Positions 49,639 to 63,241 of a stretch of DNA of 64,000 nucleotides are shown piece by piece (within the stretch, counting starts at the first letter, position 1; each line of letters begins with the position of its first letter). The position numbers and the translations under genes are program-made. The stretch lies in NCBI GenBank assembly GCA_965113315.1, contig OZ220382.1; one strand, given 5' to 3'. This DNA is from Podarcis vaucheri (Eukaryota). The notes beneath the pieces were generated by a model. That model saw only the letters and a program-made list of their open reading frames with translations. It was not told the origin of the DNA and did not search any database.

Positions 49639-52089
49639 TTTAGATTGAAATGTTCCACTTCGCGTTCCACTGTCATATGCAACCATGTACTGTGGATCCA
49701 TAATAGCAAGTCACCACCTGCCTCTGTGTTTTGTTGTAAAATATTTTGATTACTTAATGAAGTTCTCTCTCTCTCTCTCTCTCTCTCTCACTCACTCACA
49801 CACACACACACTGGAAATGACTGCATAAACAGGTTCGGTGCAGCCACAGATTCACAGGCAGTTCTGCACAATCCACAAGCACACCATCTCATGTTTTCTC
49901 TTTGTTGTGAGACAATCATCCATGGATATTGGTGTCTATCACAAGGCATGCCCAAGACTTGTGTGAGATGCTTTGTTGAAAAACATTGCTCTCTCTAACT
50001 AGATCATAAGTGTTAAGATTTGTTAAAAGGAAGAGGCAAGGAGGTCACGGTGGTTATTTAAAACCACCGTGATAGAAGCTTGCATGAAATGTGCACCATG
50101 GATTAAGAAAGATGGAACCAATCCAAAAGAATGCAAGTGTGGTTAAAAAGCAGTGTCAAGAAAGCTACAAAAGGCAAATGAGCTTGCTTCAGGAAGTGTA
50201 AGTCCTGTCCAAATAGGGAGAAGCACATACTTTGGTGATACAAATGAACATTGAGATAGTACGGCAACTTCTGAGAAGTGGGAAAGCTAGAAAATCCATT
50301 GCATTGAGCACAAGTCTCTGTACATGCACAGATATCAGCTGCGTGTACTTCAAATACCTGCAGATCTAGTGTCCAAGCACAGAATCCTGATCTAAAGAGT
50401 ATATTGCTAAAAACAGTAAAAAATGTATGCAAACAGAGGCAGGAGAGCATCTGGGAAGACTATTTACAGAGATGTGAAAGGCTTACTGAAAGAGAATAAG
50501 GAGTTGACAGATGAGTGAATTTACATTTATCTCCACTGTAGAAGAAGGGCAAGCAGGCTTTAGGCTTGTCAGACTTACTTTGCATTTTTCTTTACTAGAA
50601 ACTCAAGATCTAGTGGAAAAGACAGAATGAAAGAACAGGATGCCTTGGAACATACTTTAAGCCTAGCAATTTGTTTTCAGTACTGGAACTAAACTGAGTG
50701 CACAATCCATTCACAAATGAATCCGAACCTGGTTATGACGATTTGCTCCTTAAGGAGGATAGAGCGCACTTAGTTCTTGCTACACATTAAACAACTGGGA
50801 GCCAAAAACCCTTTGACAGCTCAATGGGTAGAGAATGAAACTCAATCCCAGGGTTGTGGGTTCCAGCCCCATGTTGGGCAAAAAGAATATAAGAACTTCT
50901 TGCTGGATCAGGCCACAGGGGTCCCATCTAGTCCAGCACCCTGTTCTCACAGTGGCCAAGCAGATGCCACACTGCAAAACCAGCAAGCAGGACCTGAGAA
51001 CAAGAGCCACACTCTTCCCCTCCTGTGGTTTCTAGCAGCTGGTATTCAGAACCACTGTAGAGGCAGAGCCAAGACGTGGTGACTGCCAGCCATCAATAGC
51101 CCTCTCCTCATCCATTAACTTGTCCAATCCTCTTTTAAAGCATCACTGCCTCCTGGGGCAGCAGGTTCCATAGTTTGTGCTGCATGGAGGAGGACACTAT
51201 TTTATCCTTCCTGAATCTTCAGACTGCCCACCTTCATTATGTCTACAGTTCTACAGTGGATAAGAGTACAGGTCCTCTTCTGGTTGGGTGACTAATTAAA
51301 GAACAGAGGAGAAGAAGAGAGGAGGGACAAATGGGTAGTTCTCCGTTGCAGTGGAGGATGGCAAGCGGTGGAGTTCCCCAAAGATCTGCATGGAGCTCCA
51401 AAAGAACATCTCCACACTGAGTGGGTGGGCAAAGAAAGGGGAAAGTGTTCAATGTAAGTTCAAACAGCAGCTCATGCACAAACCCTAACTTCGCCTATCA
51501 TGCACCAACAGAGTCTGAGCCACTGAGATGACTGGGAACCTCAGTGGTGGGGTCTCCTTCATTGGAGGTGTTTAAGCAGAGGTTGGATGGACATCTGCCA
51601 GGGATTCTTGAACTGTGATTCCTGCATTGCAGGGGGTTGGACTAGATGACCCTTGGGGTCCCTTCACAATCTGCAGTTCTATGATTCTACGGTAGCTTGG
51701 TGAAAATGTTGACTTGGTGTGTAGCAAGCAACTGTGAAAAGGTGACTCCCCTCCGAGGAGCCAGTCAGAAAGGAGGTTGAAAATAAAATTTCAAATGCTG
51801 AAATATTGTGCTGTGGCTTATTTCAGAATGCCGTGTTTCTGCTGCCTGTCTCAAAACGGTTTTGTAAAGCTGTCAGAGGGCAACTAAAATGATCAAGGGG
51901 CTGGAGCCACTCTCCTATGAGGAAGGGATACCAGGACAGGGAATATTAATTTAGCGGGGAATTGAAAGGAAGTGCATGAGAGAGGTGAATAAAATTATTA
52001 ATAGTGTAGAAAGAAAGATATTCATTCCCCTTGACCTTTCATAGAACATAGAAGCTCTCTTATACTGCGTCAAACAATCTAGTTCAGTA

Positions 52090-52335
52090 CAGTCATACCT
52101 TGGGTTGCGAACGTGATCCACGTGGGAGGCACGTTCGCAACCCGCAGCGTTCACAACCTGCAGCGCCGCATCTGCTCACGTGCATGATGCAACTCAGCAC
52201 TTCTGAGCATGCGCGCGATGTCATTTTGTGCTTCTGCACATGTGCGAGCGCCGAAACCCAGAAGTAACCCGTTCTGGTACTTCCGGGTTTGGCGTGATCT
52301 GCAACCCACAGCGTTCATAACCTGAGGTATGACTG
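52090..52335. mobile_element. Tigger-like MITE
   Basis: TA-CAGTCATACCT...AGGTATGACTG-TA. Confidence 0.85.
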
Positions 52336-53228
52336 TATTGTCTACACACTACAGCAGCCTTTCTCAACCTGTGGGTCCCCAGATGTTGTTGAACTACAAC
52401 TCCCATCACCCCTAGCTAGCAAGGCCAGAGCTCAGGGATGATGGGAGTTGTAGTCCAACAACATCTGGGGACCCACAGGTTGAGAACCGCTGCATCTACA
52501 GGTTGGCAGTGGTTATTCAGACAGGGAACTGTCAAGCCCTGTCTGGAGACACCAGCTACCTCCCTAAACTCAGACGTGTCTACTGAAATGGATTGGCCAA
52601 AAAAAAATCAGAACAACCTAAATAAATCCACACAGTGGATAATTAACCTGTGGAATTTACTGCCACAATATTAGATTGTGGTCATTGCCTTAGATGGCTT
52701 TATAAGTGGGCCAGAGAAGTTCATGAAGGTCTATCATGGCTGCTAGCCATTGCAGGTAAATGTGCTCCAGGTACAGCACTGAAAGCCAGCTGGTGGGAGG
52801 GAAACAGTAGGGAGGGTTGCAGCCTTTGTGCCCCACTTCTGGGCTTCCTGGATGCACATCTGTTTGGCCACTGTTGGAAACTTGATGGCGGACCAGATGG
52901 GCTGTTGGTCTGATGCCACAAATGGATCTTCTGATGTTCTTTATGACAAGCATATAAAGATCGTGCTATGTTTATGCTGCGCTTTCAAAAGTGTGGCATG
53001 AATTAGCAGCAACCGTCCTACGGCAGGAGTAGCTGAGGCTCCAGGCATGTATCCGAATTCTGACACTTTGTGAGTTTGCAGCTCAGAGCTGTTGAGAAGG
53101 ATGGCTCCTCTGCAGAAATGCTTCCTCGGGTTTCATGGGAAGGACTTCCCTTGGAAGGGGAGGTTGCCTGCGGTTTGCCAGAGACTGATTTGACTGATCA
53201 CAGCGCAGGTGGGACTCACTGGTAGGCT

Positions 53229-54348
53229 CAGGGCCGGATTTAGGTTTGATGAGGCCCTCAGCTACTGAAGATAATGGCGCCCTTTAGATGTCCAGCTGTC
53301 CTTTGTCAACAACAAATTTTCACTGTTTTTGGTGTTGAATATATGCTAATTTATGGACCTATTAGGTATCTAAAGCCATTTGCACATAACAAAGTATGTA
53401 TTTTATCAAAGTGCCATATTTTTCGCTCCATAAGACACACCTAGTTTTTAGAGGAGGAAAACAAGAAAGAAAATATTCTGAACGAAAGCGTGGATGTATG
53501 ATTTTTGTGGTTCATGCTGTTGCCACAGACATATAATTTGACGGTGAGTTTGGGGTAGCTCAATGCAAAAATCCTGAGAACAGTGGATGCATGTGTTTTT
53601 TGGTGCAGGCTGTAGCCATGGACATGCTGTGTGATCCGATGGTGAATTTGGGGTGACCCAATGCAAAAATCCTGAGGATCCATGGTCTTTTACCTCCCCC
53701 CTCCCAGGCAGCCTCCTTTATCTTTAGCGTCCCTTATCTCCCGATCGCTTGCTGCTTCCTTTCAACACTCCCTTCCCTCTTGTTTGCCTTAGTGTCTTTT
53801 CCTTAGCTGGAGCGGTTTTCTTGCTCCTCCTTTTCTTCTAATTTCTCTCCTCATTGCTTTAACCTTCCTGTCTCCTCTCCTTGCAAGTTCATTGTCTTTA
53901 CCTCCCCCCTCCCAGGCAGTCTCCTTTATTGCTACTATCCCTTATCTCCCTCCCCAATCGCTTGCCGATCAGCAGCTTTGTTTCCACACCCCCTTCCCTC
54001 TTTCAAAAAAAAAAAAAAAAAAGCATGATCTGCTTTTCGCCCCTGGGCAATTCAGCTCCAGGGACCACGCATTCGCTCCATAAGATGCACAGACATTTCC
54101 CCTTACTTTTTAGGAAGAAAAAAGTGTGTCTTATGGAGCGAAAAATACGGTAATTGTTGAACTGAAATACAGTTAAGAATAAGTATATTAAGCTCTAACT
54201 GTATGTAGGTTTTATTTTATTTGTTTTTTTATCTCATATTTTGGAAATGTACACCCAGTTGTTGTTTTTCTTTAAATTTCTAGGGGGCCCCCAAGAGAGT
54301 GGTGCCCTAAGCTATAGCTTGTTTAGCTTATACGTAAATCCGGCACTG
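53229..54348. mobile_element. hAT MITE with a nested Tc1/mariner element
   Basis: TIR CAGGGCCGGATTTA/TAAATCCGGCACTG; perfect 8-bp TSD GGTAGGCT. Confidence 0.9.
53414..54150. mobile_element. Non-autonomous Tc1/mariner (pogo/Tc2-like) element nested in the hAT
   Basis: ~27-bp TIR CCATATTTTTCGCTCCATAAGACACAC/GTGTGTCTTATGGAGCGAAAAATACGG, with TA on the right flank and TG on the left. Confidence 0.85.
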
Positions 54349-55125
54349 GGTAGGCTTCAGGCACGCAGACGGCATGAAAGTGTGAGCTCCAGGGAGGAAG
54401 AAGACTTCTCCTTCCATCTCAAAAGAACACTGGCTCTGGAAGCAGATTAAAAATCCCAGCTACAGTTGCAGCTGAAATTCTCCAACTCCAAATCAGGTTT
54501 CTGATCAAAATCTACAGACTTTCCGCTGTTTGGAAGGAGCGAATCCCACCAAAGCCATGCAGATAGCTCCCTACAGCGAATGCTTCAAGTGGTTCCCCCA
54601 AATTCAGCTGAAAATGCAACTTATAGTGAGGCTGGAGAAGCCAGGGGAAGTGGCCTTTTCGGCTGAATTTCACCTCTTTTGCAATGGGAGTTGAATAATT
54701 TCAGTTGCAGCTTTATTTCCAAGGGGATGTCTGTCACAGACACACGCAGTTCCTCTGGCAGTGGCAGAAGGTGGTGCCAACTTTTGACAGGCAGGTGCTC
54801 AGTTGTGTGTTCCTAGTTCCAACTCAGGAATGGATATTCACCAATCCTCTAAAACTGTCAGACTTAACCATTTCCGTATCATTCTGCCTGCCTCTGTAGG
54901 TCAGGAGGAATTGGGCTGTTGGCCCCTTTTGCTTAGTATCATCTTGGCCGTGGCAGATTCCATGGAGGGAGGTGCTTGCTCTCTCCCCCCCTCCCCCTCC
55001 CTCCTTTTACAGGAGCACTTGTGATATTGCTGGTTTCCCCAAGAGCCGAGTTTGTTGGAAGGAAGCCATTCCTCCCATCTTGTCCTTTGCCTCAGATGGC
55101 AAAATGTTTTGAGCCGGGCCTTGCA

Positions 55126-55530
55126 TTGGAATCGCTCAACCAGTAGAGGGGTCAGCAAACTTTTTCAGCAGGGGGCCGGTCCACTGTCCCTCAGACCTTG
55201 TGGGGGGCCGGACTATATTTTGAAGAAAAGAAATGAACGCATTCCTATGCCCCACAAATAACCCAGAGATGCATTTGAAATAAAAGGACACATTCCACTC
55301 ATGTTAAAACACGCTGATTCCTGGACCATCCGTGGGCTGGATTTAGAAGGTGATTGGGCCAGATCCAGCCCCCAGGCCTTAGTTTGCCTACACATGCAGT
55401 AGAGCACGAGACTGTTAACCTCAGGGTCATGAGTTGAAGCCCCACATTGGGTGAGAAGATTTCCTGCATCACAGGGGGTTGGACTAGATGACTCTTGGGG
55501 TCCCAACTCTATAGTTCTATGATTCTATGA
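55126..55530 (+). mobile_element. tRNA-Lys-derived SINE interrupted by hAT MITE family A (55149-55396)
   Basis: Removing the MITE and one CAGTAGAG copy restores GCTCAACCAGTAGAGCACGAGACTGTTAACCTCAGGGTCATGAGTTGAAGCCCCACATTGGG followed by a CR1 tail. Confidence 0.8.
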
Positions 55531-56613
55531 CCCTTCCAAGGAAAACTTCCCACTGGGAACATAAAAAAACTATACTAAGTCAGATCCCTGGTCCCAGTAT
55601 GGTCCACCTTAGCTCATCAGGGCTTCAGGCAGAAGTCTTTGGCCACATCCCAACCACACATTTAAAGCACTCTCATACTCCTTTTACAGCCATGGGGAGA
55701 ACCTTCCCCAAAGAACCTTGGGAACAGTAGTTTGTTGAGCGTGCTGGGAACTGTAGGTCTGTGGGGCTAGCACCCTTCACAAAATGACAGTCCGCAGGAT
55801 CCCCCATGACAGTGAGAGAGGCCTAAGAGTTCCCAGCTCTCCCTAGGAATTCCAGGAACTGGTCTCAAGACCTTCTGCACAAAGGACAGGTGCGTTACCC
55901 ACTAAGCTGCAAGCCTTCCTCTATGAAAGTGGCTGGCTGGCATCTCTTCGTGACTTGGGTTTTGGAGAGCCAGTGTGGTGCAGTGGTTAGTGTGCCAGAG
56001 TCGGACCTGGGTTCAAATCCCCACTTGGCTATGAAGGACACGGGGTGTGACCTTGGAGTCAGTCGCTGCCTCTTTCAGCCTAAACTACCTGCAGGGCTCT
56101 GGTGGGGATTACATGAAGAATGGGGGGGGGGCATGTGCATCATCTTGAGACCCTTGGAAGAAAAGGGGGTGGGGGTATAAATGCAATAAATAAATAATGA
56201 ATAGTAAGCACCAAATGGAAAGTGGCAACCCTTGTCAGGTACTGAATGCCATTGCATGCTGCCCATCAGATATCGTCGAGCAAGAAATAACGGAACAACA
56301 ACAACAACAACAAAAAATAGCTTGCAAATATAGAGATCAAGTATTTGGTAAACTTCCGACAAATATCTAGCACGTATCTGGAGAATATTCAACACCTAGA
56401 AACACATGGAGGCCAATTTTCGGAAGTCGACACATTTCCGCTCTGCTTAGTTATCCTTTCTGAGCCGCTTGGGCTTGGAGGGCATTGCATCTCTGCGCTT
56501 TTCTGTCGAGAGACATCAACCAGGATAAGTCCAGGGTTGAGGGGAAGGGATCACACCTCAAACCGTCTCACAGAGGGGGTAAGCAGGATCCCGGGGGGGG
56601 CGTGTCCACCTAC

Positions 56614-56834
56614 CATTCTCTGCTGCGCGCTTGAGGTTCTCGATCATGGTGTCGTAGTGAATCCGGCACAGGACTTTCTCCTCCACCAGGCCAAACTCCT
56701 CTCCAGTTGACAGCTGACGTTTGCAGGAGAAGCAGGCAAAGCAAGCCAGGTGGTAAGCGTTGCCGCGAGCTCTCCTGACCCAGTCGCTGGCATAGATCTG
56801 CCTCCGGCAACGGGCGCATTTTGTACCGAACTGA
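56614..56834 (-). CDS. LHX6: LHX6 exon encoding LIM domain 2 ([73 protein letters not shown])
   Basis: Acceptor CTCTCCTTGCAG, donor G|GTAGGT, 221 nt. LIM zinc-ligand pattern. Synteny with NDUFA8/MORN5 favours LHX6 over LHX8. Confidence 0.97.
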
Positions 56835-57974
56835 CTGCAAGGAGAGAGAAACACAGAGTGAAGAAGCTGGCAGTGCTTTGGGTGCCTCCTGCTCACTCTT
56901 GCGGCAAAAGCTGGCGCAACTTCTCGTACAACACCAGCAACCCTAATCTCAGCCCAGTAGGTCACATTACCTTTCAGGCTGAAATGCTGAAACAGTAGCC
57001 TCAGGAAAGCGAATCCCCTGGGACAGTGAATCAAAAGCCAGTGTGGTGTAGTGGTAAGAGTGCCAGACTAGGACCTGGGAGACCAGGGTTCGAATCTCAA
57101 CCACCCTAGCTCACTGGGTGTGGTCTTGGGCCAGCCACTGCCCCTCAGCCTAGCCCACCCCACAGCCATTAAGTGAGAAGCGGGAGAACACGATGTACGC
57201 TACCTTGAGCTCCTTTGAGAAAAAGGCGGGCTACAAATGCGGCAGATAAATAAGTAAATAAATAAATAAATAAATGTAGCAACAAATCCTTGGTCCCACA
57301 AAGAGATATAGCACACCTGTTCCTCCAGATGACTCCCACCTGGAGGAACCAGAGGGTATAGCTGGTCCTCAGAAAGCGCAATCATGCTACATCACCTGAA
57401 ACTGTTTCACTGCCATTGGGAAAGAACATTGGGAATCGTAGTTTTTTGAAATGCTACAATTCCCGAGGTTCCTTAGGGCGAAAGGTGGGTAGTGTTGATG
57501 CTTAAAGCAGCTCTCATTTATACCGTAGAGCAGGGAAGGGGGACATATGTGGCTGCCCAGATGTTGACAAGCCACAGCTCCCATTATCCCTGATCCTTGG
57601 CCACGCTGGCCGGGGCTGACATTGTGAAATGAAGTCCAACAACAATGGGATACAGGTTTGCCACGGGTTGTGCATCGCTTCTCGTGACGTCGACTGGTGA
57701 TCATTCTCCACTGTGCAGCGGAAATACACCTGTCCCTCCTCCCAGCCGAAACATGGCAGGAGTTCAATATTCCACTTGAGGGAACCTAACTAACCTAGTG
57801 CAGACAATTGCTCCCCTTCAGTTCCATACTAAGGACTGAAAACATTCTCCTGGCAGAGAAATCTACCTCCCTTTGCAAGGTAAGGGGGCATTGCACCATG
57901 ACCCATCCGTGTCTTGCTCATTCTTTGAGTCATCCTGGGAGCTGCCTTCCTGCTTCCTTGCAGATGAGCATGAG

Positions 57975-58930
57975 TACATAAGAAGTGCCAGCCCAGCATC
58001 CTGATCTCACAGTGGCCAACCAGATGTGGTAAGAAACCAGGGAGCAGGACCTGAGCCCCCTTGTGCTTCCCAGAAACTGGTATTCATAAGCACTGCTATG
58101 GAAGCGGAGCATGGCCATTCTGGCTTATCAATTGCCTTTTCCTCCTCCATGAATTTGTCCAATCCTCTTTTAAAGCTGTCCAAGCCCTCCCTGCCTCCTG
58201 GGGGAGGGAGTTTCATGGTTTAACTCCTGCAAGAAGGAGGACTCCCTGAACCTTCCAACATTCCATTTCACTGGATGCTCTCAAGTTCTCGCGTTGTAAG
58301 AGAGGGATAAAAACTTTTCTCTGTCTACTTTCTCCCTTCCATGCATAATTTTATAAACTTCTGTCATGTCACCTTTTACTTGCATTTTCTCTAAACTAAA
58401 AATTCCCAAATGCTGCAACCTATCCCCATGGGGGAATCCCTCCACACACACACCCAACCATTTTGGTTGCCCTTTTCTGAACCTTTTCCAACCGTACAAT
58501 ATCCTTTTTGAGGTGAGGTGACCAGAACTAAACAAAATATTCCAAATGTGCTCACAAAATATATTTGTATAATAGCATTATGGTATCAAATTCTTTCCTA
58601 ATGGTCCCTAGCATATAATTTGTGTTTTTATGGCTGCCACACACTGGATGGACATCTTTGTTGAGCTATCCACAGCAAGCCCAAGATCTTGGTTCCTGGT
58701 CCATCACCACCAATTCATACCCCATGAGCATATATGTGAAATTAAGGTGGTTTTGTGCCAACATATATCACTTTACACATTTTTACAATGAATTGCATTT
58801 CATTGCAATTCAGAGCTCTGTTTTATTGACCCTGAACAATTTAGTGTCATCAGTGAACTTGACCACCTCACTGTTCACACCTAACACTAGATGGTTTATG
58901 AACAAGTTAAAACGCACAGATCCCAATATT
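57975..58930 (-). mobile_element. Old CR1-type LINE fragment with 3'UTR
   Basis: ORF 58281-58535 has LGIFSLEK...GDMTEVYKIMHG. The same 3'UTR family recurs near 34460, 50885, 52620 and 62160. Confidence 0.75.
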
Positions 58931-58987
58931 GCTACTTGAAGGACTCCATGTTCTTTGATTTGCGGAAGAGAGGAAAAAGGCTTAAGT

Positions 58988-59123
58988 CAGCGATAGCCAA
59001 ACTTGGCCCTCCAGCTGTTTTGGGACTACAATTCCCATCATCCCTGACCACTGGTACTGTTGGCTACGGATGATGGGAGTTGTAGTCCCGAAACAGCTGG
59101 AGGGCCGAGTTTGGCCATCAGTG
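58988..59123. mobile_element. Palindromic hAT (URR1-like) MITE
   Basis: Fold-back body with 8-bp TSD GCTTAAGT. Confidence 0.85.
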
Positions 59124-60519
59124 GCTTAAGTAGTCTATTGAGACCTCCAACCATTTTCAAGTGGTCCACAGGCAACAGTGGTTTGAGAACCACTGTAATA
59201 GATACCTGCCCTATAAGGAGGGAGGAAGAATGGGGCAGAGGTGAGGCCTGTCTCCTCAGCATGGCCCTTGGCTCATTCGCTTGAATTATTGCAGGCTCTT
59301 TGCACCCACTTTGCACCAACAGAATTGTGCCATTCCCAGCTCTGAAATGTTGCAGTGGTGCTGAGGGCAGACTTTGGAGGTTAACTGCTTCTCCTTCTGC
59401 AGCTTTGTAGAGCTGAAGCAGTACTCAGCATATTAAGGATAAAGCAAAAGGGCATTTGACTATCAAGCTCCCAAGAGCCAGGTCCAATGATTTTAGCCAA
59501 CTTTTGGCACTATCAGCTCACTCGTCTTCATATCCAACACAGAGATGGACCCCGTGCAAAACCTGAGCCAACCTCACCACCACCGTTGGCCACAAAGGAG
59601 ATAAAGTGGTTCCCAGAGAACATCACCCAAGTTGGCACTGACCCCGTCCCCCATTGCTCTGATGCAGCCTGGGACAACCGGAGCAGAACGGCATCTAAAA
59701 AACGCAAGTGAGAAGTTGTGTCTGAACAGTCCCAAAGCCAATTTGGAAAGAGGGGGGAGCAGGGAAAGCGATGGAGTAACAACCAAGACTGTGCTAATTT
59801 CTTGCATATGGGGAATGCAGCAAGCTGGCTGTGAGATGCTCTGTTTGCATGGTTGTACAAACAAAGGAACGGTATTAATTAATTTTTCATTGCTGTAACA
59901 GGCTCGGGGAAAGCTTGAGTCCTCACCAGCAGCACCAGAGAGAAGAAAAAGGATTTTTGAATAGACCTGCAACACTTATCATTGTTCTACACAACCACTT
60001 TAAGTAGTGACTCAAAGCATTTTCCGACTTATTTGGTAGATTAATTTGGGGAGCCACATTTTAATCAGGGAGAGCAGGTTTACATACATTGTTTTAACTC
60101 TAGTTTTTCTGTCCCCTGTTCCAGTAATACGTCAAACCTTTAAAAATGATATTCTTTCAGTGAACAAGAGCTTTCGGAACATGCTTTTAGTAGTTAACTT
60201 AAAACTGTATTTTTATAAGATCACCTGCCCATTCAGACAAAGAAATGTACAACTTTGTGTAGGAAAAGCAGGGTATAATAATTAAACAAATAATAAGAAA
60301 CCCTCTTTTGAAAAATGTTTAAGTTAAATTTGAGGTGTAAGTAAATACCGTAAGGACTAAATTGGTGGATGCTACAGAAGAAAGGTAATTAAAAGCAAAG
60401 TTATCAAGGTGACAAAGTAACATTTAGAATCACACATAAAACACAAGCCCCACTCAGCAGAATGAACAGCAGGCCAGTCTGGCTTGCCACACGTGGAAGA
60501 AGAGGACTGTGTCTAAGAC

Positions 60520-61052
60520 TCTCCCCGTCTGCCCCGCGGAGGACCTTAAGGTCCATAAATAGCAACACCCTAGTGATCCCGGGCCCTAAGGAAGTCAGAT
60601 TAGGCTCAACCAGAACCAGGGCCTTTTCAGCACCGGCCCCGGCCTGGTGGAACGCTCTGTCTCATGAGACCAGGGCCCTGCGGGATCTGATTTCTTTCTG
60701 CAGGGTCTGTGAGACACAGTTGTTCCGCCTGGCCTTCGGCTTGGAATCAACTTGATCCCCTCCCCCTCTTTCCTTTTCCTTCTGTGATGGAGCTTCTATT
60801 TGGGACTTCCCTGGCTTTTCTCTGGCCCGCGTAGGACCAATCTGGATAGTTGGCCTTGATGAAGACGTGACGTCTTCACCCAAAAAAAAGTTTTTGATTT
60901 GAGTTTCCACTGAAATGAGGCTGCATTTTAATGTTGCGTTTTAATCTTGTTTTTTAAGTTGTATTTCAATCAATTGTTTTATATCTGGTGTTAGCCGCCC
61001 TGAGCCCGGTCTTGGCTGGGGAGGGCGGGGTATAAATAAAATCTGTTATTAT
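60520..61052 (+). mobile_element. L2-type LINE 3' fragment, second family
   Basis: PRRTLRS...RAFSAPAPAWWNAL...LFRLAF, then 3'UTR and TTA tail. Confidence 0.75.
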
Positions 61053-62468
61053 TATGAAGCCCAAGTCCAAAATGACCTGAATGCACAGCAAGAAATTGAA
61101 GACACAAAGGCTTGTGCAGCCAAATAAAAGCCATCCAAACAGCAACCCTGCAGTGCGTACTGTGCTCCCTACTGAACCCCCGTGGGGAGGCCTTCCTACT
61201 TTCAGGTTTAAATTGCAGTCTGCATTCAGGCTTCAAATCCCAGTGGAATGTGCTTAATTTAAACCACTCATATTTACGTCAAGTGCTGAGAGCCTCATTG
61301 CCTGTTGTGAGTGTCAGGCCTTACAAAAGGGATGGGGAAATCTGTGGCCCGTCGTATGTTGTTGGACTTCCAGCGACCTCAGTCAACATGTGGCTGATGG
61401 CTAGGACTGATGGCATTTGGAGTCCAGCAACATCTGGAAGGCCACATAGCCGCCCCCGCCGCCCCTTAAGCACAGTCCGAAACGCATTTCTTTCCCTACT
61501 GAGAAACTGCCAGCAGCCCACACCACGGAAACGATTTCTCAAGCTGAGGTGCAGGGATTTTTATGCTAGCCTACTTCACAGGGCTGTGGTGCATGAATAG
61601 TCAAATCCATATAATTAAGGCATATTTTTAATCACACGGCAAGTGATGCCTCCGTCCTCACAATACACGCCTTCACTATGAGTTTGTATTCCACTCTGCA
61701 TACATGGGTGCATCTAATCTGGTTCAAACACTCCTGCCGTCGCATCTATTTCTGGCTGTTTCTAAAACATGGCGCTTTGTTCCGCACGCACACAGAGACT
61801 CACATTTCCCACATCTGCATTTTAAAAAGTATGTACCTAACATTGTATAGGTACATGTATCTTCCAAGTCAATATTCTCCTCCCTTGCTTTCTATGTCTC
61901 GTTAGCACAAGTCGTCTGTGCCCAGAATAGTCCTAAAATTAACATTTTCTCCTCTGATTACAGGCTTTCTCAGAGAGAGAGAGAGAACACACTCCTTTCA
62001 ACCTCTTTGCCAAGCTCAGTATGTGTCTAAAGCTAGTAGAGAGTTTACCTTTCAGGCCAAAACAACCCAAGGATCTGCCTGATAGAAAGAAGGACATTGT
62101 GTTTTTTGTTTTAAAGGACAAAGTAAAAAGCAACAGTGGCAACCTTTTAAGAGCATAATAAAAAAGCCTCCTCAGTCAGCCCTATAGCCCATTTAGTCCA
62201 ACTTCCCGTTCTCACAAGGTCGCATCAGATGCCTGTGGGAAACCAACAGGATTCGAGGACAAGAACAGCACTCTGCCCTCCCGCAGTTTCCAGAAACTGG
62301 TATTCAGAAGCATCACTGCCTCTGACCATGGAAGCAGAGCAGAGCCATCAAGCCTAGTAGCTACAAGTAGCCTTCTCCTCCATGAATTTGTCTAATCCTC
62401 TGGTGGGAGTGAGTTCCATAGATTAACTATGCACTTTACAGGTGGAAGTTCCACAACGCTGATGGGAC

Positions 62469-62795
62469 TTGAACTTGCTAAACGGCCTCGGTGCAGTATA
62501 CCAGAAGGAGTGTCTCCACCCCCATCGTTCTACCCAGATGCTGAGGTCCAGCACCGAGGGCCTTCTGGCGATTCCCTCGCTGCGAGAAGCCAAGTTACAG
62601 GGAACCAGGCAGAGGGCCTTCTTGGTAGTGGCACCCTCCCTGTGGAATGCCCTCCCACCAGATGTCAAAGAGAACAACAACTACCAGACTTTTAGAAGAC
62701 ATCTGAAGGCAGCCCTGTTTAGGGAAGCTTTTAATGTTTGATGTATTAGAGTATTTTAATATTTTTTGGAAGCCGCCCAGAGTGGCTGGGGAGGC
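62469..62795 (+). mobile_element. L2 LINE 3' fragment
   Basis: ORF 62469-62741 is the same family as 37170. Confidence 0.85.
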
Positions 62796-62999
62796 CCCTT
62801 ATTTTCAAGTTAACAAGTAGCTTACCAGCACAAACTTTTAAATGTCTACTCAGAAGCAAGTCCTCAGGAGTTCAGTGGGGCTTATTCTCATGTAAACTTG
62901 CACCTTAATTGTGGCCCTGGTAGGTGCAAGTGTGCTCTCTGCCTGCTTGTATTATCTCCATCATCAATTGCTGTTGTTATTGTTAATTGAGTTTATATA

Positions 63000-63241
63000 C
63001 AGTGGTACCTTAGGTTACATACACTTCAGGTTACATACGCTTCAGGTTACAGCCTCCTCTAACCCAGAAATAGTGCTTCAGTTTAAGAACTTTGCTTCAG
63101 AATGAGAACAGAAATCGTGCTCTGGCAGCGTGGGAGCAGCGGGAGGCCCCATTAGATAAAGTGGTGCTTCAGGTTAAGAACAGTTTCGGGTTAAGAACGG
63201 ACCTCCGGAACGAATTAAGTTCGTAACCCGAGGCACCACTG
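63000..63241. mobile_element. Tigger-like MITE
   Basis: TA-CAGTGGTACCT...GAGGCACCACTG-TA. Confidence 0.85.

Noticed and set aside
50045-50072. Perfect 11-bp stem TCACGGTGGTT/AACCACCGTGA
   Set aside because: Isolated short hairpin beside what looks like a decayed LINE fragment; no supporting context, and rho-independent terminators do not apply to a vertebrate intron.
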